Source: an uncultured Gammaproteobacteria bacterium (GTDB lineage Bacteria; Patescibacteriota; Patescibacteriia; UBA1558; GWA2-36-10). From it: 57,349 bases of DNA. The translations under genes were made by a program, and so were the position numbers. The notes under the pieces are model-generated. The model saw nothing but the letters and a program-made list of their open reading frames with translations, was not told the DNA's origin and did not search any database. Below are positions 8,897 to 17,557 of this stretch, piece after piece; position 1 is the first letter of the stretch; each line of letters begins with the position of its first letter. The DNA is taken from assembly GCA_964645825.1 (NCBI GenBank), contig CAZXZY010000002.1, forward strand, positions 1-57,349. The letters are read 5' to 3'.

Positions 8897-10336
8897 TTAT
8901 TCTTTATTAAATAAAGAATTTTTTAAATAAATAATTTCTTTGTAGCTTAATGTTTTGGTGACAAACATAATAGCAAAATAAACTGCGCCGCCAACTAAAA
9001 TAGTGAGTGGCCACCAAATAATATCTTTAAAATAAATAACTGCGTAAGCCATTAATATGCTTGCCAATAAGGACATTATTAAAGATTTGATAACTTGAAA
9101 ATTTATTTTTATTAAGCTATTGGCTGCTTTTAAATTGAGTGTGAATAAGATAAACGTACTAATAGAAGAAGCCAGCGCTGCACCCCAAACACCCCAATAT
9201 TGAATAAAGATGATATTAAACACAATATTTAAAATCATTGTTATCCCTAGATTTCTGGTATTTACTAACTGTTTGTCGCAAGCATTAAGCATGCTAGACA
9301 AAGCAAAATTCATAAATAAAAAGGCAATTGAAGCAATCAAAACTTGCAAAGGTAAAATGGCAGCTGAAAACTCCTTGGTGTAAACTTGGTTAATTATTTC
9401 TGGTGCCAAAACAATGATGCCAACACTAAGTGGCAAAGCAATGAAGCCCAGATAAGCAAAACCTTTACTAAACACCTTCTTTAATTCATCACGATCATGT
9501 TTAAACAAATGAGAAAAAGCTGGATACAAAGCAGCTACAAAAGCTAGTGGAATAAACTGCCAAGCAAAAGTTATCTTATAAGCAACACTATAAAAACCAA
9601 CTGCGGCATCGTCTAAGAATAACTTAATTAAAAATGTATCGATATAGGCATAGACTTTAGCAAAAATAGCGGCCGCAGCAAAAGGCCAGGCAATCCAAAG
9701 TATTTTTTTGATCAATCCTCTATTCCAAACAAAAAATGGTTTGACTTTATATTTGAAATACAAAATTAATCCAGAATAAATTAGATTAAATAAACTAGCT
9801 ACAAACAAAACACCAACAATCAAAAACAAATTATTTGTAAATTGTAACAAGCTTAGGCCGACAGTCATGACAATAAGTTGAAAAATGATTGTACCGCCGG
9901 CTTCAAATTTTAAATTTTGCTGTCCACGAACAAAAGCATAAAATAACAAAGTAAAACTATCGATCACTACAATCATAGTAGTCAGATATATTAGCTCTCT
10001 AACTGCATCACCAGCAAAAACAAAAGTATTTAGCACTAACAAAAAAACAACAGCCGCTAGGGTAGCTATTAGTTTAAGAGAAAATATTTGTTTGAACCAC
10101 AATTTACTATCACTATCATCTTTGGCTACCTCTCGAGTCAACACTGGTGACAAACCAAAATCCATCAAAACAGCAAACATGGTAGCAAAAGAAATAGCAA
10201 AAAAATATTGACCAATAGATTCAGCCCCTAGAGTACGGGCTAAAATAGTGAAATATACAAAAGAAAGCACCTTTTGCAGTACTAAAGCGGTCAAGAAAAA
10301 TGAGGAATTTGCAGTGATTTTCCGGGTAGTTAACAT
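8897..10336 (-). CDS. wzx: Wzx-like polysaccharide/oligosaccharide flippase (MOP superfamily)
   Basis: 479 aa and hydrophobic throughout (about 12-14 TM helices). The N-terminus LQKVLSFVYFTILARTLGAESIGQYFF is typical of polysaccharide biosynthesis (PST) flippases. Confidence 0.7.
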   Translation of the reverse strand: MLTTRKITANSSFFLTALVLQKVLSFVYFTILARTLGAESIGQYFFAISFATMFAVLMDFGLSPVLTREVAKDDSDSKLWFKQIFSLKLIATLAAVVFLLVLNTFVFAGDAVRELIYLTTMIVVIDSFTLLFYAFVRGQQNLKFEAGGTIIFQLIVMTVGLSLLQFTNNLFLIVGVLFVASLFNLIYSGLILYFKYKVKPFFVWNRGLIKKILWIAWPFAAAAIFAKVYAYIDTFLIKLFLDDAAVGFYSVAYKITFAWQFIPLAFVAALYPAFSHLFKHDRDELKKVFSKGFAYLGFIALPLSVGIIVLAPEIINQVYTKEFSAAILPLQVLIASIAFLFMNFALSSMLNACDKQLVNTRNLGITMILNIVFNIIFIQYWGVWGAALASSISTFILFTLNLKAANSLIKINFQVIKSLIMSLLASILMAYAVIYFKDIIWWPLTILVGGAVYFAIMFVTKTLSYKEIIYLKNSLFNKE

Positions 10337-10398
10337 GAAATAAGTATAGCAAAATTAGGTAAAAAAGCTAGTAAAATCAAGGAAAAATAATAAGCTGT

Positions 10399-12630
10399 TT
10401 ACTTATGGGATAATATGGTATCAACAACCTTTTGGGCAGTGTTTTTCCAAGCAAATTGACTAAGCCTTTTAGAACCCTTTTCCACTATCGTTCTTCTTGC
10501 TTCCTCGTCATTGAGTAATATTTCAATATTATCGGCTAGAGAAGAAATCTTATTTGCCTCAAAATAAACAGCCGCATCATCACATATCTCCTTCATAACT
10601 TGAGTATCAGCAACAATGGCTGGTATATTTGCATCCCATGCCTCAAGCACTGGAATCGATGCCCCTTCACTTGCACTTGGGTGCACATAAATCATAGCCT
10701 TGGTCAAAAATTCTTTTTTGCTTTTATCATCTATGTACCCAGTTAATTCTACTTGGCTAGATAGATTATTTTTTTTAATAAGTGAGATAATGTTTTCATA
10801 AGCATCACCAGCTTTACCAATAAGTTTCAGCTGTAATTTTGGATATTTAGAACCAAGCAAAGCCATGGCCTGCAATAACACGTCAACTGATTTCTTATTT
10901 TCAATACGACCAATATACACAATCATTAACTCTCTGCAATGATTACGATCGATATCTTCCCAATTATCATGAGAAGCTGGCGCAAGTGAAACATTGTGGC
11001 GATCAAGATGAAAATAACGCACAATATCATTTAGTGATTGTTGCGAAACTGTAAAAATATGTAATGCTCGTTTAATGTTCCAATGAGTCACTAAATTTTG
11101 CCACACTCTTTCACGAAATGAATATTTATTTTTATCTTTTTTAAATAATACATCATGAATAACTGCAAAACTTTTTTGTGGAGCAGTACGAGGAATAAAA
11201 TAACCGGGTGTAAAAAAATATGTTGGTGTATTTTTCTTTAATTCACTTGCCAATGCTCTAATGGTCCATCTTCGTTTAGATGGTATAATCCTTTGATAAA
11301 TTGGATCTATGCCGTCAATTAATTTAGGAGAATAAAGTCTAATGCGTGTATCCTCTTGCAAAAGTGGCAACATGTGAGTAATGAGCTCTCTAGTATAAAC
11401 TTCTACGCCCGTGTGTATATTTTTACCTGGTTCACGAGGATCTTCACATCGTGAAGCGTCTATACCAAAAATGGGTAAATCTGGACTATTCTTCGCCACA
11501 ATATCACGAATTTTGCTATCAAAAATAGATCGATCAAACTTTTTAGCATGTTTAATACAATCTTCTTTGCGCTCCAAACACCATTCCTTAGTCATTATTT
11601 GCATGCCCTTAATAACGTCGTCAATACTAGGATCAGATTTAATTTTGATGCCTGTGACATTATTAATGACACTTTCAGATAAACCACCCTCATCGACAGC
11701 CAGCACTGGTTTTCCGGCAGCATTTGCCTCAATTTGAGTCATGCCTGCATCTTCATCAACGGGGATATAAACTACGGCAATACAATTACCAACTAACTGT
11801 TTTAACTTGTCTTCACTTTGCCAACCAACAACACTAATATTTGGATACCCCTCTGCCATATCACGCACATGTTGCAAACGACTTCCACCAGAAGCAACGA
11901 TAAGCTTTTTATTGGGCATTTTTTGAAAAGCCTGAACAACCATCTCAACACGTTTATGTTCATCAACTCTAGCCCAGGAAAGATAATAGTCTCCTTGGCT
12001 TAGCCATAAAAACTGCCTTGTTTCAATCGGAGGCCATAAAACAGTATTCACTTCCCGCTTGGTAAAATAATGAAAACGTTTTTTTATATTTTCAGAGTTT
12101 GCAATATTTACATCAATTTTACGAATAGCTCGCATATAAAGACAACGCCAAAAAATAACAAACATGGTAAACAATGGTCTTAAAAACCATTTATAATTAG
12201 CCCTACTTGATTTGTAGAGATCAAAAATACGACGTGGTGGTGTATGAGTATAAACTATGCGGACTGCTTTCGAGTTAGCATGATTAGCCACCGCTTCTGT
12301 TGCTGCCTGACCAGAGGCAATCAAAATATCATATTGTCTTAATTGACGACGATAACGCCAAAACATCAAGCGTGTCCAAAAAAACCGTAGTACTTCTTTA
12401 TCTACTACGTCTAGTTTTTTAGTAATAATTTTTAAACGACCACCAAGTTCTTTTTGGTATTCTGGATAGGTATCTGGATGTGCATACACAGTAACAAAAT
12501 CTGCCCCAATAGCCAAAGCAATACTGAGGGCAGTTCTCTCTCCACCACCACACCAACCTAAGTGGTCATGAACAACAGCTATTTTTAACTTTTTGATACC
12601 TGTAATTTTAATAGTAAAGTCATAATACAA
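10399..12630 (-). CDS. Fused double GT4 glycosyltransferase (two GT-B modules)
   Basis: Two E-x7-E-type regions: EDAGMTQIEANAAGKPVLAVDEGGLSESV and SEGASIPVLEAWDANIPAIVAD. The track start codon is TTG (plus-strand caa at 12628-12630), so the 5' end is uncertain. Confidence 0.75.
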   Translation of the reverse strand: MYYDFTIKITGIKKLKIAVVHDHLGWCGGGERTALSIALAIGADFVTVYAHPDTYPEYQKELGGRLKIITKKLDVVDKEVLRFFWTRLMFWRYRRQLRQYDILIASGQAATEAVANHANSKAVRIVYTHTPPRRIFDLYKSSRANYKWFLRPLFTMFVIFWRCLYMRAIRKIDVNIANSENIKKRFHYFTKREVNTVLWPPIETRQFLWLSQGDYYLSWARVDEHKRVEMVVQAFQKMPNKKLIVASGGSRLQHVRDMAEGYPNISVVGWQSEDKLKQLVGNCIAVVYIPVDEDAGMTQIEANAAGKPVLAVDEGGLSESVINNVTGIKIKSDPSIDDVIKGMQIMTKEWCLERKEDCIKHAKKFDRSIFDSKIRDIVAKNSPDLPIFGIDASRCEDPREPGKNIHTGVEVYTRELITHMLPLLQEDTRIRLYSPKLIDGIDPIYQRIIPSKRRWTIRALASELKKNTPTYFFTPGYFIPRTAPQKSFAVIHDVLFKKDKNKYSFRERVWQNLVTHWNIKRALHIFTVSQQSLNDIVRYFHLDRHNVSLAPASHDNWEDIDRNHCRELMIVYIGRIENKKSVDVLLQAMALLGSKYPKLQLKLIGKAGDAYENIISLIKKNNLSSQVELTGYIDDKSKKEFLTKAMIYVHPSASEGASIPVLEAWDANIPAIVADTQVMKEICDDAAVYFEANKISSLADNIEILLNDEEARRTIVEKGSKRLSQFAWKNTAQKVVDTILSHK

Positions 12631-12666
12631 TGATATTGTGAATTGATAAAAAGGTCAAATACATAC

Positions 12667-12695
12667 AAAAAAACCCGCTGTAAAAGCGGATTTTT
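12667..12695 (-). terminator. Intrinsic terminator after rpsI (bidirectional geometry)
   Basis: Minus strand reads AAAAATCCGCT-TTTAC-AGCGGGTTTTTTT. Confidence 0.7.
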
Positions 12696-12711
12696 GAATA
12701 AGTAATATAAT

Positions 12712-13125
12712 TTAACGTTTTGACCATTGTGGTGCACGACGAGCCTTTTTCAAACCTGGCTTCTTTCTTTCCTTTCTTCGAGAATCACGAGTCAAGAAAC
12801 CTTCTTTCTTTAAGTTTGGTCTCAACTCTTCATCAGAAATAAGTAAGGCACGGGCAATGCCATGACGAACACCTTCAGCTTGACCTCTTTGGCCACCGCC
12901 TAAAACCTTAACGGAAATAGCAATGTTCTCACGTCCTGCTACTTTTATAGGCGCTACAACAGCTTCTTGCCATTCAAAGTAAGGAAAGTATTCTTTATAA
13001 TCTTTACCGTTGATAATAATTTCAATACCTTTGACGCTCTTTTTCAAAAGGCGTACACGGGCAATTGCTCTTTTTCTTCGTCCAACAGTTGGAATATAAT
13101 CTTTGTTGTCTTTATCTTTTGTCAT
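12712..13125 (-). CDS. rpsI: 30S ribosomal protein S9
   Basis: GRRKRAIARVRL ... GGGQRGQAEGVRHGIARAL ... C-terminal RAPQWSKR. Confidence 0.95.
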   Translation of the reverse strand: MTKDKDNKDYIPTVGRRKRAIARVRLLKKSVKGIEIIINGKDYKEYFPYFEWQEAVVAPIKVAGRENIAISVKVLGGGQRGQAEGVRHGIARALLISDEELRPNLKKEGFLTRDSRRKERKKPGLKKARRAPQWSKR

Positions 13126-13129
13126 GAAT

Positions 13130-13477
13130 TTATTTGATAATTAACCTTTTCAACATATTAGGTCGCAATTTATTTTTTGGTAACATATTATAAATAGTCT
13201 TACGTAAAGCTTCACCGGGATCATTTGCCATCAAATCAGATAATTTGGTAGTTCTGATACCACTTGGATAGCCAGTATTACGATAATAAACTTTAGTATT
13301 TAATTTGTTACCTGTAATTTTTACTTTAGCAACATTGGAAACTTCTACAATATCACCACAATCTGTGTGTGGCTGATAAGTAGCTTTATTTTTTCCTTGC
13401 AACAAAACGGCTAGCTCTGAAGCTAAACGACCAAGAACTTTGTCAGTTGCATCAATTTGGTGTGTTGTTCTTTCCAT
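13130..13477 (-). CDS. rplM: 50S ribosomal protein L13 (short form, 115 aa)
   Basis: DATDKVLGRLASELAVLLQGKNKATYQPHTDCGD ... ITGNK ... KVYYRNTGYPSG. Sits in the conserved rplM-rpsI pair. Confidence 0.9.
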   Translation of the reverse strand: MERTTHQIDATDKVLGRLASELAVLLQGKNKATYQPHTDCGDIVEVSNVAKVKITGNKLNTKVYYRNTGYPSGIRTTKLSDLMANDPGEALRKTIYNMLPKNKLRPNMLKRLIIK

Positions 13478-13479
13478 AA

Positions 13480-13830
13480 TTATACTAATTCAATTTGTGC
13501 CATGGCTGCACCGTCACCTTGACGAACACCCATCTTAATAATACGACAATAACCACCTTTTCTTTCTTTGTAACGTGGTCCTAAAACATCCAAAACTTTT
13601 TGAACGGCTTTTTTATCAGGTAAAACTCTAGCTAAGCGTTGCTTGTTGTGCACTGTTTTTACTTTGCCTCTAGTGATAAGTTTTTCAACCAAAGGTTTCA
13701 TTACTTTAGCTTTAGCTTCTGTAGTTTTGATTTTCTCATACAAAATTAAAGAAGTAGCTAAATTTTCCAACATAGCTTTACGTGGAGCTTTCTTTCTATC
13801 TAAAATTTTTGTTACTTTACGGTGTCGCAT
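13480..13830 (-). CDS. rplQ: 50S ribosomal protein L17
   Basis: MRHRKVTKILDRKKAPRKAMLENLATSLI..., located downstream of rpoA. Confidence 0.9.
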   Translation of the reverse strand: MRHRKVTKILDRKKAPRKAMLENLATSLILYEKIKTTEAKAKVMKPLVEKLITRGKVKTVHNKQRLARVLPDKKAVQKVLDVLGPRYKERKGGYCRIIKMGVRQGDGAAMAQIELV

Positions 13831-13839
13831 GATTTTTTC

Positions 13840-14616
13840 TTACTTTTTATCTTCTTCGTCTTCAACTTCCTCTTCTGAAGCATCAACTTCTTCTACAACT
13901 TTTTCATCAGTAGTCTTAACTTCGGCCCATAGATTGAAGTGATGAGCTAAAACAGTAGATGCTTTAGCAATAGCGTCTTCAGCTGTAATAGTGCCGTCAG
14001 TTAAAATATCGAAAGTTAATTTTTCATAATTGGTCATTTTACCAACACGAACGTTGGATACATCAAAGCCTACATTTAAGATTGGAGAAAAACTAGAGTC
14101 AAGTGAAATTGTACCAATTTCCATCTTTTCTTTTTCACGTTGTTCTACGGTGACATAGCCTAAGCCTTGTTCAACTGTAATCTCCATATTAAAACTGCTG
14201 CTTTTATCAGTCAAAGTAGCAATTACTAAATCTGTATTTGATACTTCTACATCAGAATTTTTTGTAATATCTTTACCTGTCAAAACTTTTTCACCTTTAG
14301 CGGATAATTCTAGCTTAACTGGTTCATCAGAATAAACCTTTACTCTTAATTTTTTTAAATTAAGCATAATCTCTACTACATCTTCTTTGATGCCGTCAAT
14401 AGCATCAAACTCATGTTGCACACCGTCAATTTTGAAAGAAGTAACAGCTGCACCTTCTAAAGATGATAGTAAGACACGTCGCAAAGCATTGCCAACGGTC
14501 ATACCAAATCCAGGATAAAAAGGCTCGACCACTACTCCGTAGCGATTGTCTTTTTTGTCCTCGATATTTATTTTTTCTGGTAAAGAAATTTGATTGATCA
14601 TAAAATTCTGATTCAA
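13840..14616 (-). CDS. rpoA: DNA-directed RNA polymerase alpha subunit, N-terminal domain only (no alpha-CTD; acidic tail)
   Basis: PFYPGFGMTVGNALRRVLLSSLEGAAV is the alpha-NTD signature. The protein has 258 aa and ends in DEKVVEEVDASEEEVEDEEDKK. rplQ follows 9 nt later. Confidence 0.9.
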   Translation of the reverse strand: MNQNFMINQISLPEKINIEDKKDNRYGVVVEPFYPGFGMTVGNALRRVLLSSLEGAAVTSFKIDGVQHEFDAIDGIKEDVVEIMLNLKKLRVKVYSDEPVKLELSAKGEKVLTGKDITKNSDVEVSNTDLVIATLTDKSSSFNMEITVEQGLGYVTVEQREKEKMEIGTISLDSSFSPILNVGFDVSNVRVGKMTNYEKLTFDILTDGTITAEDAIAKASTVLAHHFNLWAEVKTTDEKVVEEVDASEEEVEDEEDKK

Positions 14617-14627
14617 TTTTTATTTTA

Positions 14628-15242
14628 TTATCGAGAGTAAAACTCAACGATTAAGTTAGTTTGAATATTTTGTGGTAGATCATCATCATTTGGCAAGCTA
14701 TTTACTGTGATGGTCATGGCTTTTTTGTCTAAAGCTAACCAACTAGCAGCCTCTATTGTATCTATGGTTTCTAACAAGTTTGTCCAATAAGGTTTTTTCA
14801 ACTTGTTTTCTTTTACTTTAATAACTTGTCCGGCCTTTACTTTAAAAGAAGGAATGTCTGTTTTGATACCATCAACTTCAAAGTGGCCATGATTAACTAA
14901 TTGACGAGCTAAACGATGAGTATTAGCTAATCCTGATCTAAAAACAACATTATCTAAACGCATTTCTAGTAAGGTCAACATGTTTTTACCAACATCGCCT
15001 GGCATTTTTTGAGCTTTTTTAAAGGTCAAAGAAAATTGTTTTTCCAATAAACCATAAATAGCCTTAGCTTTTTGCTTGGCTAATAATTGACGGCCATATT
15101 CAGATACCTTAGCAAAGGTCTTTTTTGGTCCGTGTTGCCCTGCTGGATAAGGACGTCTGTCCAACGGTGATTTTACTGTATCAGCAACATTCTCGTTGAA
15201 ACGGCGACTAGCTCTATGTTTTGGTTTAAGATTTCTACCCAT
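14628..15242 (-). CDS. rpsD: 30S ribosomal protein S4
   Basis: Conserved position between rpsK and rpoA. S4 domain LDNVVFRSGLANTHRLARQLVNHGHFEVDG. Confidence 0.93.
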   Translation of the reverse strand: MGRNLKPKHRASRRFNENVADTVKSPLDRRPYPAGQHGPKKTFAKVSEYGRQLLAKQKAKAIYGLLEKQFSLTFKKAQKMPGDVGKNMLTLLEMRLDNVVFRSGLANTHRLARQLVNHGHFEVDGIKTDIPSFKVKAGQVIKVKENKLKKPYWTNLLETIDTIEAASWLALDKKAMTITVNSLPNDDDLPQNIQTNLIVEFYSR

Positions 15243-15254
15243 ATCTAATTTAAA

Positions 15255-15638
15255 TTAAACTCTTCTTACTTTCTTAGGACGACAGCCATTGTGTGGAATT
15301 GGTGTCACATCTTTGATAGAAGCAACGGTAACGCCATTTGCATGTAAAGATCTAACTGCGGCTTCACGACCAGCACCAACACCTTTTACAAATACGTCAA
15401 CTTCTTGTAAGCCATATTCTTTAGCTTTTTCAACAGCATTTTTAACAATAATACCAGCGGCATAAGGAGTAGCTTTTTTTGGTCCTTTAAAACCGTTGAT
15501 ACCGGCTGAAGACCAAGCCAAAACATTACCATTAGCGTCAGTTAAACTGATAATAGTATTATTATAAGTAGCCTGAATGTGGGCTTGACCACGACTTACT
15601 TTCTTTTTTAACTTCTTTTTTCTACCAATTGTTTTCAT
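15255..15638 (-). CDS. rpsK: 30S ribosomal protein S11
   Basis: [27 protein letters not shown] ... [13 protein letters not shown]. Confidence 0.95.
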   Translation of the reverse strand: MKTIGRKKKLKKKVSRGQAHIQATYNNTIISLTDANGNVLAWSSAGINGFKGPKKATPYAAGIIVKNAVEKAKEYGLQEVDVFVKGVGAGREAAVRSLHANGVTVASIKDVTPIPHNGCRPKKVRRV

Positions 15639-15647
15639 ATTTCAAAA

Positions 15648-16037
15648 TTATGTTTTCTGAGCGGCGTTAGTTTTACCACTACCCATAGTTAATCTTTTGT
15701 TACCGCGTACAGTACGTGAATTTGTTTTGGTACGTTGCCCTCTGGCTGGTAAGCCTTTGGCGTGACGTGTACCACGATAAGCTTTAATTTCTTTCAAACG
15801 TTTGATGTTTGAAATTTTCTCACGGCGTAATTCACCTTCAACTGTTAAATCTTTTTCAATGATTTGTCTTAATTTATTGATATCCTCTTCTGAAATATCT
15901 TTGATACGAGCATTTTTATCAAGTTTCAATGAATTCAAAATCTTTTGAGAAGTTGTTAGACCGATACCATGAATATAAGTCAATGCAATTTCTGCTCTTT
16001 TATCACTTGGAATGTTTACTCCGGAAATTCTTGCCAT
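15648..16037 (-). CDS. rpsM: 30S ribosomal protein S13
   Basis: [34 protein letters not shown]... Confidence 0.95.
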   Translation of the reverse strand: MARISGVNIPSDKRAEIALTYIHGIGLTTSQKILNSLKLDKNARIKDISEEDINKLRQIIEKDLTVEGELRREKISNIKRLKEIKAYRGTRHAKGLPARGQRTKTNSRTVRGNKRLTMGSGKTNAAQKT

Positions 16038-16064
16038 AATTTTTACTTTAAAAATTCTAAGGTA

Positions 16065-16178
16065 TTAACCTTGTCTTTGTTTATGTTTAGGATTTTTACA
16101 ATTACAAACTACTCGGTTTTTACGACGAGTAACTTTACAATCTTTACACATTTTTTTCACTGAAGCTCTTACTTTCAT
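16065..16178 (-). CDS. rpmJ: 50S ribosomal protein L36 (37 aa; absent from the ORF track)
   Basis: Hand translation of the minus strand gives [37 protein letters not shown]. It has the CxxC...CxxxxH zinc-ribbon pattern and the canonical infA-rpmJ-rpsM position. Confidence 0.9.
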   Translation of the reverse strand: MKVRASVKKMCKDCKVTRRKNRVVCNCKNPKHKQRQG

Positions 16179-16187
16179 TTCTTGATT

Positions 16188-16424
16188 TTACTTTCTAAAA
16201 ATAATACGACCCTTGGTCATGTCATAAGGACTTAACTCAACAGTCACTTTATCGCCTGGCAAAATTCGGATCTTATACATTCTCATCTTACCAGATAAAT
16301 GAGCCAAGATTTCTTGGTCGTTTTCTAAAACAACTTTAAAAGTAGCGTTAGGTAATAATTCCATCACCTCTCCGTCTAGTTCTAAAAATCCTTTTTTATT
16401 GACCTTAGTGTTATTTTCGCTCAT
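16188..16424 (-). CDS. infA: Translation initiation factor IF-1
   Basis: [64 protein letters not shown] (S1-like fold signature). Confidence 0.95.
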   Translation of the reverse strand: MSENNTKVNKKGFLELDGEVMELLPNATFKVVLENDQEILAHLSGKMRMYKIRILPGDKVTVELSPYDMTKGRIIFRK

Positions 16425-16522
16425 TTACAAATGAATAATAAAAAATAAATTAATTATATAGTTTTGACCATATAACTAATCTAGCTTTTATGTTTTTATT
16501 TATCTATAATTTACGCCCCTTA

Positions 16523-16550
16523 ATTATACGGATTTTTTTTGATTTGTCAA
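16523..16550 (-). promoter_or_regulatory. Sigma70-type promoter of the infA-r-protein-rpoA operon
   Basis: Minus strand reads TTGACA (16550-16545), a 16-nt spacer, then TATAAT (16528-16523), about 100 nt upstream of infA. Confidence 0.65.
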
Positions 16551-16664
16551 CCCATAAGGGCCCTTTTTTGCCTATAATTACTGCCTATTTTAAAATAATC
16601 AAGAAAAAGTCAATGAAACCAGGCTTTTTTATAATTTTTAAGCTGCGAGCCTGTACTTGATTAC

Positions 16665-16693
16665 TTGACAAATTGCTATATTTATGCTATATT
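16665..16693 (+). promoter_or_regulatory. Sigma70-type promoter with extended -10
   Basis: TTGACA (16665-16670), a 17-nt spacer ending in TGC, then TATATT (16688-16693). AGGAG SD and the ATG at 16734 lie downstream. Confidence 0.65.
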
Positions 16694-16733
16694 TATCTAT
16701 TAAATATGTACGTTGTAAATTTAGGAGAACATT

Positions 16734-17495
16734 ATGTCTAAGAGGTGGTTTATTTATCTGATCAGCCTGATGGCTGTCGTCGCTGTTGGTGCTTACTTCT
16801 TACCTCAAGCATTGGAATGGTACAATGCTCTGGGAGTAGTAAACCAAATGGATATATATAGTGATTTACTTGGTAGCTTCATTGTCAGTGCGATGATCGG
16901 CATGGCAGTTGGCCTTATTATAAGACAATTGGATGCTGTCATCCTTATAGTCATCGTAGGTTCAGCCATGTCCCTACATGCTAGCTTACCAGCAGCATTA
17001 ATGTTCTGTACCGGCTATCTGCTTTTATTTTTTCCGACCTACCTAATCAGAACCCGTCACATATCTTGGAATGATCAGTACGTTGAAAGACCAACTGTAC
17101 CTGGAAACTGGGCCATCTATTGGCTCAGCCTGATGATAGTTGTTGCTCTTGGCAGCTATTTCTCACACCAAGTAATAGAGTGGTGCAGTAACTTGCATCA
17201 AGGCATCCAAACAGTAATAGCTTATTTATCAATTTCTGCCACAATCACTAGCATAATTTTTGCCATCATCATTGGACGACTTGAAAAAAATGATGGAGCC
17301 ATTATTGCTACAGTCTGTGTTTTCGCTGTCGTACTTCTCACTGTGTTATTCGGCATCAAGATGATTCGTGTTCCGACGAATATAGCTCGCTTAGCTTTTG
17401 GAGCGTCATTCTTGATCAGCTATCTTATTGCCTTTTTCCCGACCTACTTTATTAAAAAGTCTCGGGAACCGAAAGTTTTCGAGAGGGTTGCCTAA
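16734..17495 (+). CDS. Polytopic membrane protein of unknown function with an internal tandem duplication
   Basis: The two halves align: KRWFIYLISLMAVVAVGAYFLPQALEWYNAL versus GNWAIYWLSLMIVVALGSYFSHQVIEWCSNL, and YLLLFFPTYLIRTRH versus YLIAFFPTYFIKKSRE. Confidence 0.6.
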   Translation: MSKRWFIYLISLMAVVAVGAYFLPQALEWYNALGVVNQMDIYSDLLGSFIVSAMIGMAVGLIIRQLDAVILIVIVGSAMSLHASLPAALMFCTGYLLLFFPTYLIRTRHISWNDQYVERPTVPGNWAIYWLSLMIVVALGSYFSHQVIEWCSNLHQGIQTVIAYLSISATITSIIFAIIIGRLEKNDGAIIATVCVFAVVLLTVLFGIKMIRVPTNIARLAFGASFLISYLIAFFPTYFIKKSREPKVFERVA

Positions 17496-17508
17496 TCCTC
17501 GCTCCTTC

Positions 17509-17554
17509 AAAAAAACCTGACCCTTGTTTGCATCCGCAAATGAGGGCTTTTTTT
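17509..17554. terminator. Bidirectional intrinsic terminator between convergent genes
   Basis: AAAAAAA-CCTGA-CCCTTGTTTGC-ATCC-GCAAATGAGGG-C-TTTTTTT. The stem is 11 bp including G-U pairs. Confidence 0.7.
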
Positions 17555-17557
17555 ATT

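Noticed and set aside
7097-12003. Plus-strand ORFs inside minus-strand glycosyltransferase genes (7097-7384, 8160-8378, 11411-11737, 11818-12003).
   Set aside because: They are antisense shadows in AT-rich coding sequence with low-complexity translations. The same reasoning applies to other antisense track ORFs, including 13643-13942, 15969-16163, 20883-21128, 20920-21123, 22278-22640, 23017-23289, 23800-24000, 26050-26301, 28740-28928, 30109-30348, 32716-33108, 33186-33392, 37536-37763, 38424-38729, 39153-39401, 39714-39899, 41915-42124, 48138-48371, 52197-52409, 52913-53098, 53744-54004 and 55561-55827.
14426-14647. 73-aa minus-strand ORF spanning the rpsD/rpoA junction.
   Set aside because: It is an alternative frame across two well-supported conserved genes.
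16551-16570. AAGGGCCCTT palindrome followed by a T-run in the infA upstream region, considered as a terminator.
   Set aside because: The palindrome has no loop and only about 3-4 usable base pairs, which is too weak to call.
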